Source: Candidatus Moraniibacteriota bacterium (lineage in GTDB: Bacteria; Patescibacteriota; Minisyncoccia; Moranbacterales; DUUL01). From it: DNA of 64,000 bases. Position numbers and translations under genes: made by a program. Location of the stretch: positions 3,300-67,299 of the forward strand of contig JALVDV010000005.1 of assembly GCA_027008775.1 (NCBI GenBank). The letters run 5' to 3'. A model generated the notes under the pieces. That model saw nothing but the letters and a program-made list of their open reading frames with translations. It did no database searches and was not told the DNA's origin. Positions 31,511-40,825 of the stretch are shown in pieces. Position 1 is the stretch's first letter. Every line of letters starts with the position of its first letter.

Positions 31511-31658
31511 AATGATTTTTGTGTTTAGTGATAATTAAAATTAACTTTTGCTTAGATGTCAGAGGGAAAGTGAGAAAATGCTCGCAAAAAATATTAAAAA
31601 ATCATCCGGCAAAAAGGACGATTTTTGAAAGACCGGATGATTAGTTTGTTAATCAGTG

Positions 31659-31730
31659 AGCGGGTAACGGGAATCGAACCCGTATCCTCAGCTTGGAAGG
31701 CTGATGTAATAGCCATTATACAATACCCGC
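31659..31730 (-). tRNA. tRNA-Gly (anticodon UCC)
   Basis: Minus-strand cloverleaf: acceptor GCGGGTA/TACCCGC, anticodon loop CTTCCAA, T-arm ACGGG-TTCGATT-CCCGT; CCA not encoded. Confidence 0.85.
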
Positions 31731-31955
31731 AAATGGTTCTGTGTTTTAAAAAATTAGCGACCAATTCTCTATTAAGTATATATTTTTTTCGCCTTTAGTC
31801 AATATTGGCGGAAGATTTTGAAAGTTGCCGAAAATTTTGGCGGAAGATAGACACCCCCGCCCCTACAGGCGGGGAATTCTCGCTGGATTAAATTTTTACA
31901 AAAGCCGGGACCGGATTTTTACCCAAAGCCCTCCCATTTTTTTGTTTGACAACAG

Positions 31956-33674
31956 TTATTTAAAATCCAACACTTGCCAGACAGTTATCAGGCCGAAGCG
32001 ACGGGGTTGGCTGAGTTTGATGGTGTGATTTCTTTGCCGGTAGCTTTCAATGATTTCCGCGCTGTTTTTGCGGCCATGCTTTATCAAGTAAACTCGGCAT
32101 TGAGCCAAATAGCGACCGGGATTTTTGGCGCTGATAAATTTAACCTCTGTTCCGGAAAAGGAGCGCTTGAAAATGTAGGCATAGGAGGCCCTGTTTTTGG
32201 AAGGAGCGATAAGACAAATTTTATCTGGGGAGGCGGGATTTTTGATGAAAGCGACCGCTTCCGTCATTTTTTGATAAGTAACAAAATCGCTTTGTTGCAA
32301 AGTGCTGGTGGTCGGTTGTCGCCAAAAGTGTGATTGTCCGTCTTGTTTGGCCAAACCCAGATACCAGTTGGCCACGGCGCTAAGGTTTAACAATAAAATA
32401 ATTGTCGTCAAGATCAGTACCAACCACTCGCCCACTTTTTCTCGGAGCCAAGCAAAAACAACCGCCAAGGCCACGAAAGGCGCCAAAAAATCAATAAACC
32501 AAAAACGCATTTGGTCCAATTTGTAAGCCAAAGGAAAGAAAAGAACAAAAAAGACGACCCACCAAATCAGGTTGAGAACCAGGAAGTCTTTGGGTATTTT
32601 GGCCAGAGCTGAAGAGACAAAAAATCGCTGGCGAGGAAAAGAGAAAAGCATTATTGCCAAAACAATCGGGACCAGACCGAGATAATCAATGAGATGATTC
32701 TTTTTGCTTCCCCAAGTTATTTCCTTGTGATTGAGGGAAAAAACGTTGAGAGTGTAATACTTGCCCATCAAATTTATTTCCCGAAACAATTTTTGTCCGA
32801 CAGTTTTGTCGGAGCCGGTGGTTTTGCCAACCAAGGCCTTGGTGAATTCCCGCCAATTTTTTCCTTGATGGTTCCAGTTGTAAATAATTACCGGTGAATA
32901 AAGAGCAACTAGAATCAAAATCACTCCCAACCAGTAGGACCATTTGATTTTGCCAAGATTATCAGCGGAAGCGGTTCGTAAATTTCGCCAACAATTTCGC
33001 CAATAATCAGAGAGACTTTTCGGCAAGTTTGCATTATCGTTTCCCGAACAAGCTCGCCGATAAAGCCAGTAGCAAAGAAAAACCAGCGGATAACCGAACA
33101 AGGCGGTGGTGTGTAGTTGACTGGAAATTCCGTAGCTGAGAGAAAGAAGGAGCAACCAATACCCGGCTTGTTGAAGTTTTTCACTTTGGAATAGCTTATA
33201 AAGACTGAAAACAAAAAGAAGTCCCCAGAACAACAGTCCGTTGGGATTCCAAGAGAAACGGGAATACTGGATAGCAACATAGCTAAAAGCATATAAAGCG
33301 GAAATGGAAAGAGAAACAAATTTATCAAAGCCTTGGTGGAGAAAAATGTAAACCAATAAAATACTGGCGAGAACAAAAAAGAGATTGCTGTAAACAATTA
33401 TCGCCGGATGGTTTAAGCCAAAAAGCAAAGCGGGAATCGTTTCCAAATAGTAAGAGATTGGCCCCAAATGAAAATCGGTGCCACCGGCTTTCGGTCCGAG
33501 CAAAGGAAGCCCTCTCCAACCTTTCTCCAGAATTTCGTGGGCGTGGTTGGTATTGCGTACTTGGTCCGCTTGGAAATAGAGCCAATCTTTTAAATGAAAT
33601 ATTCTAACAAGGAAAGCTAGAAAAAGAAGCGCGCCCAGAACGATTGCAAGTAGATTTGATTTTTGCTTAGTCAT
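31956..33674 (-). CDS. GT39/GT83-like (ArnT/PMT-type) polytopic glycosyltransferase
   Basis: 572 aa, >10 TM helices, N-terminal pattern ...FQADQVRNTNHAHEILEKGWRGLPLLGPKAGGTDFHLGPISYY. Confidence 0.6.
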   Translation of the reverse strand: MTKQKSNLLAIVLGALLFLAFLVRIFHLKDWLYFQADQVRNTNHAHEILEKGWRGLPLLGPKAGGTDFHLGPISYYLETIPALLFGLNHPAIIVYSNLFFVLASILLVYIFLHQGFDKFVSLSISALYAFSYVAIQYSRFSWNPNGLLFWGLLFVFSLYKLFQSEKLQQAGYWLLLLSLSYGISSQLHTTALFGYPLVFLCYWLYRRACSGNDNANLPKSLSDYWRNCWRNLRTASADNLGKIKWSYWLGVILILVALYSPVIIYNWNHQGKNWREFTKALVGKTTGSDKTVGQKLFREINLMGKYYTLNVFSLNHKEITWGSKKNHLIDYLGLVPIVLAIMLFSFPRQRFFVSSALAKIPKDFLVLNLIWWVVFFVLFFPLAYKLDQMRFWFIDFLAPFVALAVVFAWLREKVGEWLVLILTTIILLLNLSAVANWYLGLAKQDGQSHFWRQPTTSTLQQSDFVTYQKMTEAVAFIKNPASPDKICLIAPSKNRASYAYIFKRSFSGTEVKFISAKNPGRYLAQCRVYLIKHGRKNSAEIIESYRQRNHTIKLSQPRRFGLITVWQVLDFK

Positions 33675-35502
33675 TTTTTTGTTTTTTGTTAAAAATATCT
33701 TCCCAAAAAATTACTCGGGGGTCGGAGGTTCTTACTTCTTCTTTCTTTTCCACTTTTTGTTTATTTGTTTTTTTATTTATCGGGACCAATTTCCAAACGG
33801 CCAGAGATTCAAATTTTTGCGGTTTTTCAATAAAATAGTCTCCCTGAATTTTACTCAAGCTATCTTTGCCGCGCGAACTTTTGGTAATGACAAAGAAAGC
33901 GCAGTCGTATTTTTCGCCGGCAAGTGTTTGTTGATAGGGTATTTGCGGATAATATTTTTCCAGCACAAACTTTAACCCGCCTTTGGTTTGGTATTCAAAA
34001 TCGGCGAAACAAATGGCCGGTTTGCTTTCTTTGCTTGTTTCTTTTTCCAGATAGTCCCCTATTTTTTTCAGGCGACCGTAAGTGTAAAAACCGCTGTAAG
34101 GACCAAGAGTTGGTCGTTGATGCCAGAGGCCGAAAGTTTTTTCTCCGGTTTGCAAAGAACGGTAAAATGCTTGAGTGGCGTCAAGGTTACTGAAAAGAAT
34201 AAGCCCGCTGATTAGAATGATGAGAAAGTTTGTAATGTAGCGATTCCAAAATTTATACTCACCACTACCTAAACGGTCCAAGACATAAAACCAAAAAGCC
34301 AGAAAGATAAAAGGGAGCGGACTGACCATCAGCCAATAACGATGTTTTCCCAGACGAGGCAAGATGCGCCAGTAAAGAAGGAAGAAGATGAAAAACCAGA
34401 GAGAAATGATAATTAAAAATTGTTTCCGTTGTTTGTTTAGTTTAAACATTTTATTGATTTGCCTGACCAGCCCTTTGGGTAAACGGCTGATGCCCAGTAA
34501 GCGTTTTCGAAAAAGCGCCAAGCGAATGAGAATTAGAGAGAGAATAATGAACCAATCACCGAGAATGGCGATTTTTTTGTAATCATATTTGTTGAAAGCG
34601 GTTAAAATTAGCAGATAATTTTTACCGTGGTAATAGCCGACTTTATTGAAAGCTTGCCAAAAATTGAGCCGGCTCTTTTTTTCTTGTTGGGAAGCAAGAA
34701 AAAATCTTTTAATGTTATCACCGTGATTGTAGTAATCACTGATTAGCATCGGACTGTAAAGGATTAAAAGAAGCAAAAGTCCCCAAAAGTAGGCTGACCG
34801 TGACAGGCGGGGACGATAAATTAGCCAAGTCGCCAACCCGATGAAGGAAAAGGCAAAAATATTTAGGAGATGCAACTGTCCCAAAACGCCGAAAGAAAAA
34901 ATTAGTAACAAGAACCATTTGGTCAGCCGGTCCGGGGACTTCTCTTTGTCTTGATTGTTTAATTGTAAAATTTTCAAAAGACTGATGACAAAAAGCAATT
35001 CCCAAAAAACTGTTTGATTGATGTTCCAAGCGAAACGGGAATAAAGAGTAAGAAAATAAGAACCGGCGAAAAGGATGGTAACCGACAAACTGATTTTGCG
35101 GTTGAAAAAGAAGCGAAGGAAGAAGTAGAAAAGAATAATACTGAGCAGAGAGAAAAACCAATCCGGCCAAAGGAGCTGTCTGGCGTCAAGTTGGCCGGTG
35201 AACAGAACCGACAAATACTGTTCGTAGTTGTAAAAAGGGCCAAGTTTGAAGGCGCCTCTAATATTGTTTAGCTTAACGGCGGCGCCGGCTTTCGGTCCCA
35301 GAAGCTTGGCTCGTTTCCAGCCGTGTTTCTGAACATTTTGGGCGGAAAAAGCGTCCCGAGCTTGGTCAGCTTTGAAAAGAGCTTGTTCATTTAATTGCCA
35401 ACCACGCCAAGAGGCGGTTAGCAAAACAATAAAGCAAACCGCTATTAGTGCCCAAAATTTTTGCCAGAATTCGCGCTTGAACCGAAACTTTATTTTACTC
35501 AT
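33667..35502 (-). CDS. GT39/GT83-like polytopic glycosyltransferase, tandem paralog
   Basis: 611 aa; parallel N-terminal motif FKADQARDAFSAQNVQKHGWKRAKLLGPKAGAAVKLNNIRGAFKLGPFYNY; 8-bp overlap with neighbour. Confidence 0.6.
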   Translation of the reverse strand: MSKIKFRFKREFWQKFWALIAVCFIVLLTASWRGWQLNEQALFKADQARDAFSAQNVQKHGWKRAKLLGPKAGAAVKLNNIRGAFKLGPFYNYEQYLSVLFTGQLDARQLLWPDWFFSLLSIILFYFFLRFFFNRKISLSVTILFAGSYFLTLYSRFAWNINQTVFWELLFVISLLKILQLNNQDKEKSPDRLTKWFLLLIFSFGVLGQLHLLNIFAFSFIGLATWLIYRPRLSRSAYFWGLLLLLILYSPMLISDYYNHGDNIKRFFLASQQEKKSRLNFWQAFNKVGYYHGKNYLLILTAFNKYDYKKIAILGDWFIILSLILIRLALFRKRLLGISRLPKGLVRQINKMFKLNKQRKQFLIIISLWFFIFFLLYWRILPRLGKHRYWLMVSPLPFIFLAFWFYVLDRLGSGEYKFWNRYITNFLIILISGLILFSNLDATQAFYRSLQTGEKTFGLWHQRPTLGPYSGFYTYGRLKKIGDYLEKETSKESKPAICFADFEYQTKGGLKFVLEKYYPQIPYQQTLAGEKYDCAFFVITKSSRGKDSLSKIQGDYFIEKPQKFESLAVWKLVPINKKTNKQKVEKKEEVRTSDPRVIFWEDIFNKKQKND

Positions 35503-37295
35503 TTTCTTTGTTTCTTCTTTAAGTCCTCTTCGTTGTCTTTTACTAGATAAATTTTATCAGCCAAAATGTCAATACCTTCAATGTTATGGTCATTTAGCTC
35601 TTCAATGACTCTTTCTTGCCAACCGAGAGGATTAACACCAATCACCTTGCCTTCTCGGCCACTAACCAGATAAAGGATTCCTTTGTGAAAAGTGGCGCCA
35701 GCTAAATCCGAATGGGGGATTTTGCGTTTGCTGACAATTTTTCCGGTGGAAAAATTAATCAGAAAAACATTAGCTTGAGAAATTTCTTTTTGGTAAACAA
35801 CAAAAAACAAGTTGTCTTTGTAATAAGCGAGACCTTCGGCGCCCAAGTTGACATCCTGAGGAAGAGGTATCTGAATTTTTTGTTTGTGAATAATGTTAAA
35901 ATCTTTGTCCAGTTGATAAATGGTGTTTTGCAACTCGCTGAGAACGTAAAGATATTTTTTATCGTGGGTTAAACCCTCGGCATCGGGAACAAGAAACTGT
36001 TTTTGGCGAATGATTTGTTTGTCTTTTATTTGGTAGAGAGCGCCGTCGTCCCCGACCAGATAAGTAAAACCGTTCCAGAAAGTCAGTCCGGACAGTTCCG
36101 GCAAATCAGACGGTAACAAGTTGACCGGCAAATCAAGCGGTGGTCCGCCAAATTCCGGAGGTAAAGGGTCAAGCAACTGCTGGCCGTCTTGGCAGTTGTA
36201 TTCTTCAGTCACTGGTAATTTAAACCAGCCTTTCAGTTTATCTAAATGATTACCTTTTTTGACTTTGTCATTAAAAACACGACGTTCCATCACCACTGAG
36301 ACTTTATCTTTGTCAACAGTGATGTAGTAGAAAGCTCCGGCGTCTTTAAAGCGGTACTGTTCTTTTAAATAACCTTTGCCTTTCCAGAATCCCTGCAGAA
36401 CAAAATAATGAGTTGGGCCATCTACAACGTGACAAAGATTTTCAATATGTCCGGAAAAAACCGCTCTTACTTTGTGTTTGCTAAATAATTTATGCAGAGC
36501 CTCTCCTTGAGGGAAAACTCCCCAGTTGGGAAAGAAGTCGGTGCTAAGCGGTGGTTGGTGAATGAATACCAGAATGTTTTTGTTTTGTTCATTGGCTTCT
36601 TGCAAAGTTTTTTCCAGCCAGCGCCATTGTTTTTGGTCAATGTGTCCCGGGTAATAGTGACGTTCCGGAGTGGCATCGGAATCGTCCGGCCAGGAGTTGC
36701 CATCTAAAACGATTATGCGGTAGCCGACACCATTTTTGGAGAAATCTTTGAAATAGTAAGTTTTGTCATAGCCAGTTAATTGCAACCATTTTTGTTTGGT
36801 AAAACTGTTGGTTTCGTGATTTCCCAAGACGTGAAAGTAAGGCGCTTTTAATTTTTTCATCATTTGGTCCGCTTCTTGCCAAGTTTGAAGAGCGCGCTTA
36901 TCTTTGCCGTCAATCAAATCCCCATTTTCTACGACTAAATCCGGCTTGAATTCGTCATTCATTTTTTGGATAAACCTTTCCATAGCTTCCCGACTGCGCC
37001 AGTCAAGTTTCCACTTTTTGGTTTTTTTGTTCCGTTCGGCATTAAAATGGGCATCTGTTATAAAACCGATTTTAAGAGTTGTTTTGGCCGGCTTGTTTTT
37101 TTGCCAAAGCCAAAATTGATAACCACTAAAGACGCTGCTAATTATTAAAGCAAACAGTAAAAACTTGGTTGGTATTTTTTTATTTTGTTTCTTTGTTTTT
37201 TTCTTGGTCGTTGTTTTCTCTTTCTTCTCTTTCATTAACCGCTGTTTTATTATTAGTTCCTTTGGAATTACCTGAGACAACTGCCCGGCTATCAC
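35499..37295 (-). CDS. Membrane-anchored calcineurin-like metallophosphoesterase with C-terminal beta-propeller-like domain (start may be at the internal M at 37235)
   Basis: 598 aa; GDLIDG and GNHE phosphoesterase motifs; C-terminal repeats resemble SdiA-regulated/phytase-like propellers. Confidence 0.65.
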   Translation of the reverse strand: MIAGQLSQVIPKELIIKQRLMKEKKEKTTTKKKTKKQNKKIPTKFLLFALIISSVFSGYQFWLWQKNKPAKTTLKIGFITDAHFNAERNKKTKKWKLDWRSREAMERFIQKMNDEFKPDLVVENGDLIDGKDKRALQTWQEADQMMKKLKAPYFHVLGNHETNSFTKQKWLQLTGYDKTYYFKDFSKNGVGYRIIVLDGNSWPDDSDATPERHYYPGHIDQKQWRWLEKTLQEANEQNKNILVFIHQPPLSTDFFPNWGVFPQGEALHKLFSKHKVRAVFSGHIENLCHVVDGPTHYFVLQGFWKGKGYLKEQYRFKDAGAFYYITVDKDKVSVVMERRVFNDKVKKGNHLDKLKGWFKLPVTEEYNCQDGQQLLDPLPPEFGGPPLDLPVNLLPSDLPELSGLTFWNGFTYLVGDDGALYQIKDKQIIRQKQFLVPDAEGLTHDKKYLYVLSELQNTIYQLDKDFNIIHKQKIQIPLPQDVNLGAEGLAYYKDNLFFVVYQKEISQANVFLINFSTGKIVSKRKIPHSDLAGATFHKGILYLVSGREGKVIGVNPLGWQERVIEELNDHNIEGIDILADKIYLVKDNEEDLKKKQRK

Positions 37296-38385
37296 CTGTT
37301 TCTTCTTTAATGGAAAGCCCTCTTTTCTTTGGATCTAGACGCTGACCGTCTTGGCAATTATATTCTTGGGGATTGAGAACCAATGTTTCCCATTTTTTCA
37401 CACGTTCTTGGCGTTGCTTTTTGGAGGATTGATTTTTGTCATGAAATATTCTGTACTCCCCTTTGACTTCAACTTTGTCCGGGGTGATGGTAATGTAATA
37501 AAAATTGCCGGCATCTTTAAAGCGATATTCTTTTTTTAGGCCAGCGTTGGCTTTCCACATTCCTTGGAGAACAAAATACTCGGTGGCGCCATCTTTAATG
37601 TCGCAAAGTCTCTCAATGTGACCGGAGAAGACAGCGCGAACTTTGTATTTGTTGAAAAGTTGATGCAATTTCTCTCCTTCGGGAAAAAGAGCCCAATTTG
37701 GTTTGGCATCGGTGGAAATGGGCGGTTGATGAATGAAGACTATCGGATCTTTATCGTTAAGGGCGGCGTCTTTCAAAACGCTTTCCAACCACTGCCATTG
37801 TTCATTCCCGAGCACCCCGGGGTAATATTCTTTTTCTGGGCCGGTATCCTTTCCGCCGGGAAAATGATTTCCGTCTAAAACAATTATTCGGTAGCCCTTG
37901 ATATCGCGGTAATAATATGGTTTGTCGTAGCCGGTTAACTGAAGCCAGGTGGCTTTGTCAAAACTACGCATTTCGTGATTCCCAATAACATGGTAGTAGG
38001 GCGTTTTCAATGTTTGTAGCATTTTATCAATAATCAGCCAATCCTCTTTAGAATTTTTATCCTTGCCGTCAACCAAATCTCCATTTTCTATAACCAAGTC
38101 CGGTTTGAATTCGTTGTTCATTTTTTGAATAAATCTTTCTATAGCTTCTCGGCTACGCCAATTTATTTGCCATTGACCGGCAACCTCCTTGCCGTAGGCA
38201 TGAACATCGGTGAGAAAACCGATTTTTAAGGGTTGTTTTGGTGTTCGCTGGGCCAGTTTTTCTTGGATAATTTCCTCTTCCGACTTTGTTTTATTAACGG
38301 ATTTCTTTATCCCCGACCAAAAAACGAATACTCCGGCGATGGCCAATATTACTAGCCCGCTGAGGAATAACTTGGAATATTTCAT
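37180..38385 (-). CDS. Membrane-anchored calcineurin-like metallophosphoesterase, tandem paralog
   Basis: 401 aa; GFLTDVH, GDLVDG, GNHE motifs; about 60% similar to the catalytic half of the neighbour. Confidence 0.7.
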   Translation of the reverse strand: MKYSKLFLSGLVILAIAGVFVFWSGIKKSVNKTKSEEEIIQEKLAQRTPKQPLKIGFLTDVHAYGKEVAGQWQINWRSREAIERFIQKMNNEFKPDLVIENGDLVDGKDKNSKEDWLIIDKMLQTLKTPYYHVIGNHEMRSFDKATWLQLTGYDKPYYYRDIKGYRIIVLDGNHFPGGKDTGPEKEYYPGVLGNEQWQWLESVLKDAALNDKDPIVFIHQPPISTDAKPNWALFPEGEKLHQLFNKYKVRAVFSGHIERLCDIKDGATEYFVLQGMWKANAGLKKEYRFKDAGNFYYITITPDKVEVKGEYRIFHDKNQSSKKQRQERVKKWETLVLNPQEYNCQDGQRLDPKKRGLSIKEETGDSRAVVSGNSKGTNNKTAVNEREERENNDQEKNKETK

Positions 38386-38484
38386 TTGTATTTTGAAATT
38401 TGTTAAAGCCTTTTATTAAAGCCTTGTTATAGTACACCTTTTTAATCCGTTCGGTCAAATTGTTTTGAGAGGTTTTCCTCCGGA

Positions 38485-39258
38485 CTAAAAAGGGTTGTTC
38501 TGACCGAATTTTATTAGAGTCAAAATATGACCCTTGTTTTTATACCTCACAATTTTTGGGGTTTTATATTTTCGCAATTGATAAACTAATTTCTCTCCGA
38601 ATTTGGTGGGAATATAAAGGTCATGACTAGGCAAATGAATTTCAATATCATCGGGTAGATTTTCCAAATTAGCAATGGGATTGGTTTCTTTCAGACAATT
38701 GTTGTATTCGGTGGAATTCTTGTAACCCAATTGGATAGCTTTCTGTTTAATTTTTGACGTAGCGATGCTGTCGTAGAAATTACCTAATTCTGACCCGGGA
38801 GCTACAGCTACCATTTTCTTAGCGTTAAGATGATTGGCCACAAAGAAGCCGGGATAAGTTCCAGCACTATAAGCTAGAACGTTGAAATTTTTTAAGTTTA
38901 AGGAGGTGATATCTTCAAATACTTTTCTCAACAGATTTTTGGCCACAGAGGGATTGGGGTTGATTAAGTTGCCCGGAATTTCATAAACCAAAACCCTGCC
39001 CCTTTTGGGTATCAGGCCTATTTTTTTGGCTTCTTTAAAGCTCACTCTCCAAGGGAGAAAGCAAACCCAAGTTGAATTATCACTGTTTTTTATTTCAATT
39101 CTCTTGAAATTTGTGGTTTGAGTTTTACTCTTATTTTTTAGGTTTTCAAGGAAGGAATAAACTTTGTCCAGAAACCCATAGTCGTTTATTTTGGCGAGAA
39201 AAGATAACATTGGATCGGATTTGCTTTGTAAATATTTAAAGAAATTTTTTAATCTCAT
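38485..39258 (-). CDS. Alpha/beta-hydrolase-fold esterase/lipase-like protein
   Basis: 257 aa; nucleophile elbow AYSAGT (GxSxG variant). Confidence 0.5.
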   Translation of the reverse strand: MRLKNFFKYLQSKSDPMLSFLAKINDYGFLDKVYSFLENLKNKSKTQTTNFKRIEIKNSDNSTWVCFLPWRVSFKEAKKIGLIPKRGRVLVYEIPGNLINPNPSVAKNLLRKVFEDITSLNLKNFNVLAYSAGTYPGFFVANHLNAKKMVAVAPGSELGNFYDSIATSKIKQKAIQLGYKNSTEYNNCLKETNPIANLENLPDDIEIHLPSHDLYIPTKFGEKLVYQLRKYKTPKIVRYKNKGHILTLIKFGQNNPF

Positions 39259-39669
39259 CTCTGATTACCTTGATTGTTTGAGAAGATTCTATCTTATTAC
39301 TCCAAATGGGTGGTTGATTGGGATTCTTATCCAGCCAAATTTTATGAAAAAATTTTTTGGGACAATTATACCTAGGAATGCCATGGATATGCAAGTGATG
39401 AACTTTGTTACCCATTTGCCAATAAGTAAAACGAATGGGATTAAAAGTTTTATTTTGGATTAAAGCCAATTCTATTTCTTGCATCACTTCTTTTAACTCT
39501 AAAATTTCTTTATCAGATAATTCGGAAAGTTTTTTACTCCTTTTCTTTTGCAAAAAATAATAAAATTGCCAAAAGTATGTTGTTTGTAGCTCACTTCCAG
39601 TGACCAAAATTTATATTCTTTTAATTCCCCGTCCGGATATTCTTTGTTTTTATCCCAAAATCTTTTCAT
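39236..39669 (-). pseudogene. HIT-family (histidine triad) hydrolase gene split by a frameshift at a T6 homopolymer (39530-39535)
   Basis: Upstream frame MKRFWDKNKEYPDGELKEYKFWSLEVSYKQHTFGNFIIFCKRKGVKNF*; downstream frame ...SELSDKEILELKEV...NKVHHLHIHGIPRY (HxHxHxx triad). One extra T would restore a single ORF. Confidence 0.55.
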
Positions 39670-39822
39670 AGTTCTGGAGATTTAATGTGAAAGCTTAAGT
39701 TTTCCTTTATATTATGCCACTTTTTTTATTTTTTACCCACACATTTTATTATAGAGCCTGCGTCAACTTGACAAAATACCTATTATGTGTTATGATTGGA
39801 GAAAAGAAGGAGGGTTAAAAAA

Positions 39823-39987
39823 ATGAAGAGGTTGCTCTTTTTTGGTGGAGTTTCTCTGTTACTGGGAGATTTGTATTGTTTTAAATTAGGTCTCCCGACC
39901 GCCGCCGGACTGGCGGCGATCCTGGTTGCGATTAGTCGCGACCAGGGTGCGTACCCGGACTGGAGGAGTAAGTATCGTCCGGGGTAG
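39823..39987 (+). CDS. Small ORF (54 aa) with strong SD (aaggaggg) overlapping a GC-rich triple-hairpin element; could instead be a structured ncRNA
   Basis: ATG 7 nt after aaggaggg; hairpins 39902-39916, 39921-39946, 39954-39983; intrinsic terminator 40001-40038. Confidence 0.3.
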   Translation: MKRLLFFGGVSLLLGDLYCFKLGLPTAAGLAAILVAISRDQGAYPDWRSKYRPG

Positions 39988-40000
39988 TCAGATTAGTCAA

Positions 40001-40038
40001 GGTGTTGCTTTAACACGAGCAGCACCTTTTTCTTTTTG
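40001..40038 (+). terminator. Rho-independent terminator (ggtgttgc...gcagcacc + T-run)
   Basis: 8-bp stem with one G-U pair followed by TTTTTCTTTTT. Confidence 0.6.
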
Positions 40039-40146
40039 CCGTATTTAATTTTTTGAGAATTAAACCATTATAAAAAGTGGATTTGAGAAACAAAAACAGA
40101 CCGGGGTTTGTGATCTGTTTTTGTGTTTTGGTTGACCTTTTCTGTT

Positions 40147-40722
40147 TTAACGATGGACCGGCTTCCCCTGGGAATTTAGGCAATAGTCCGCCCAACTGAC
40201 AGGGTAACCGTAAGGATTGACTTCGCTACACTTGGGCACTCCTTGACCGACATAGGTTATCGTCCAAACTCCGTTACTTTTATGAGCAAACCAACCGGCG
40301 CCGCCAATATCGTTCTTGTCCTTGACTGTTCCCCGAGCAATAGTTCCGTTGTTGTCGGCGATATCAAACATAAAGTCGGCCGGATTGATACCCGTTTTAT
40401 CAAGGAGGGCTTGCTTGATAAGATCCCTATCACTCTTAGTGGGGGTTTGAGCTTGCTGGGAATTATTACTTTCAGACAAAGAGCGGGGAGTGGATTGTTT
40501 TCCGGAGGCGTTGTCACCGGTAGCGAAAGCTTCGCTGGGGGAATTGCTTGTTTTTCCCTGAATTGTTTTAGCCGGCTCTTTGTTTAAGTTACCGCCGTTG
40601 GTTTGAGAAATTCTACTTTGGTAGTAAAAACCCAGCCAGATAGCAACGGCAATGATGATAGCTCCGGCAATAATGGCAAGAACTACCGCTGAAGTATCAC
40701 CCTTGTTACCAAGATTTTTCAT
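40147..40722 (-). CDS. Hypothetical membrane-anchored extracellular protein
   Basis: 191 aa; N-terminal TM helix, Ser/Thr-rich linker, C-terminal globular part with conserved Cys pair. Confidence 0.5.
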   Translation of the reverse strand: MKNLGNKGDTSAVVLAIIAGAIIIAVAIWLGFYYQSRISQTNGGNLNKEPAKTIQGKTSNSPSEAFATGDNASGKQSTPRSLSESNNSQQAQTPTKSDRDLIKQALLDKTGINPADFMFDIADNNGTIARGTVKDKNDIGGAGWFAHKSNGVWTITYVGQGVPKCSEVNPYGYPVSWADYCLNSQGKPVHR

Positions 40723-40825
40723 TGTTTGAAGATTAATTTTTAAGCAAGGTTTAAACTGTTTGGCTATTGAAATTTATTTAATGAACCAATTTGGAAACTC
40801 GGAGAGTGGGTGGTTTTGCCGGAGC

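Noticed and set aside
31740-31955. Direct repeats ttggcggaaga (x2) and a small GC hairpin upstream of tRNA-Gly
   Set aside because: Short and imperfect; plausibly just tRNA promoter context, not enough to call a feature
39880-39990. SRP RNA, 6S RNA, tmRNA or RNase P identity for the GC-rich structured element
   Set aside because: None of the conserved motifs of those RNAs that I could recall (SRP domain IV, tmRNA tRNA-like end, RNase P P4) are recognisable, so it is left as an unclassified structured element or small ORF
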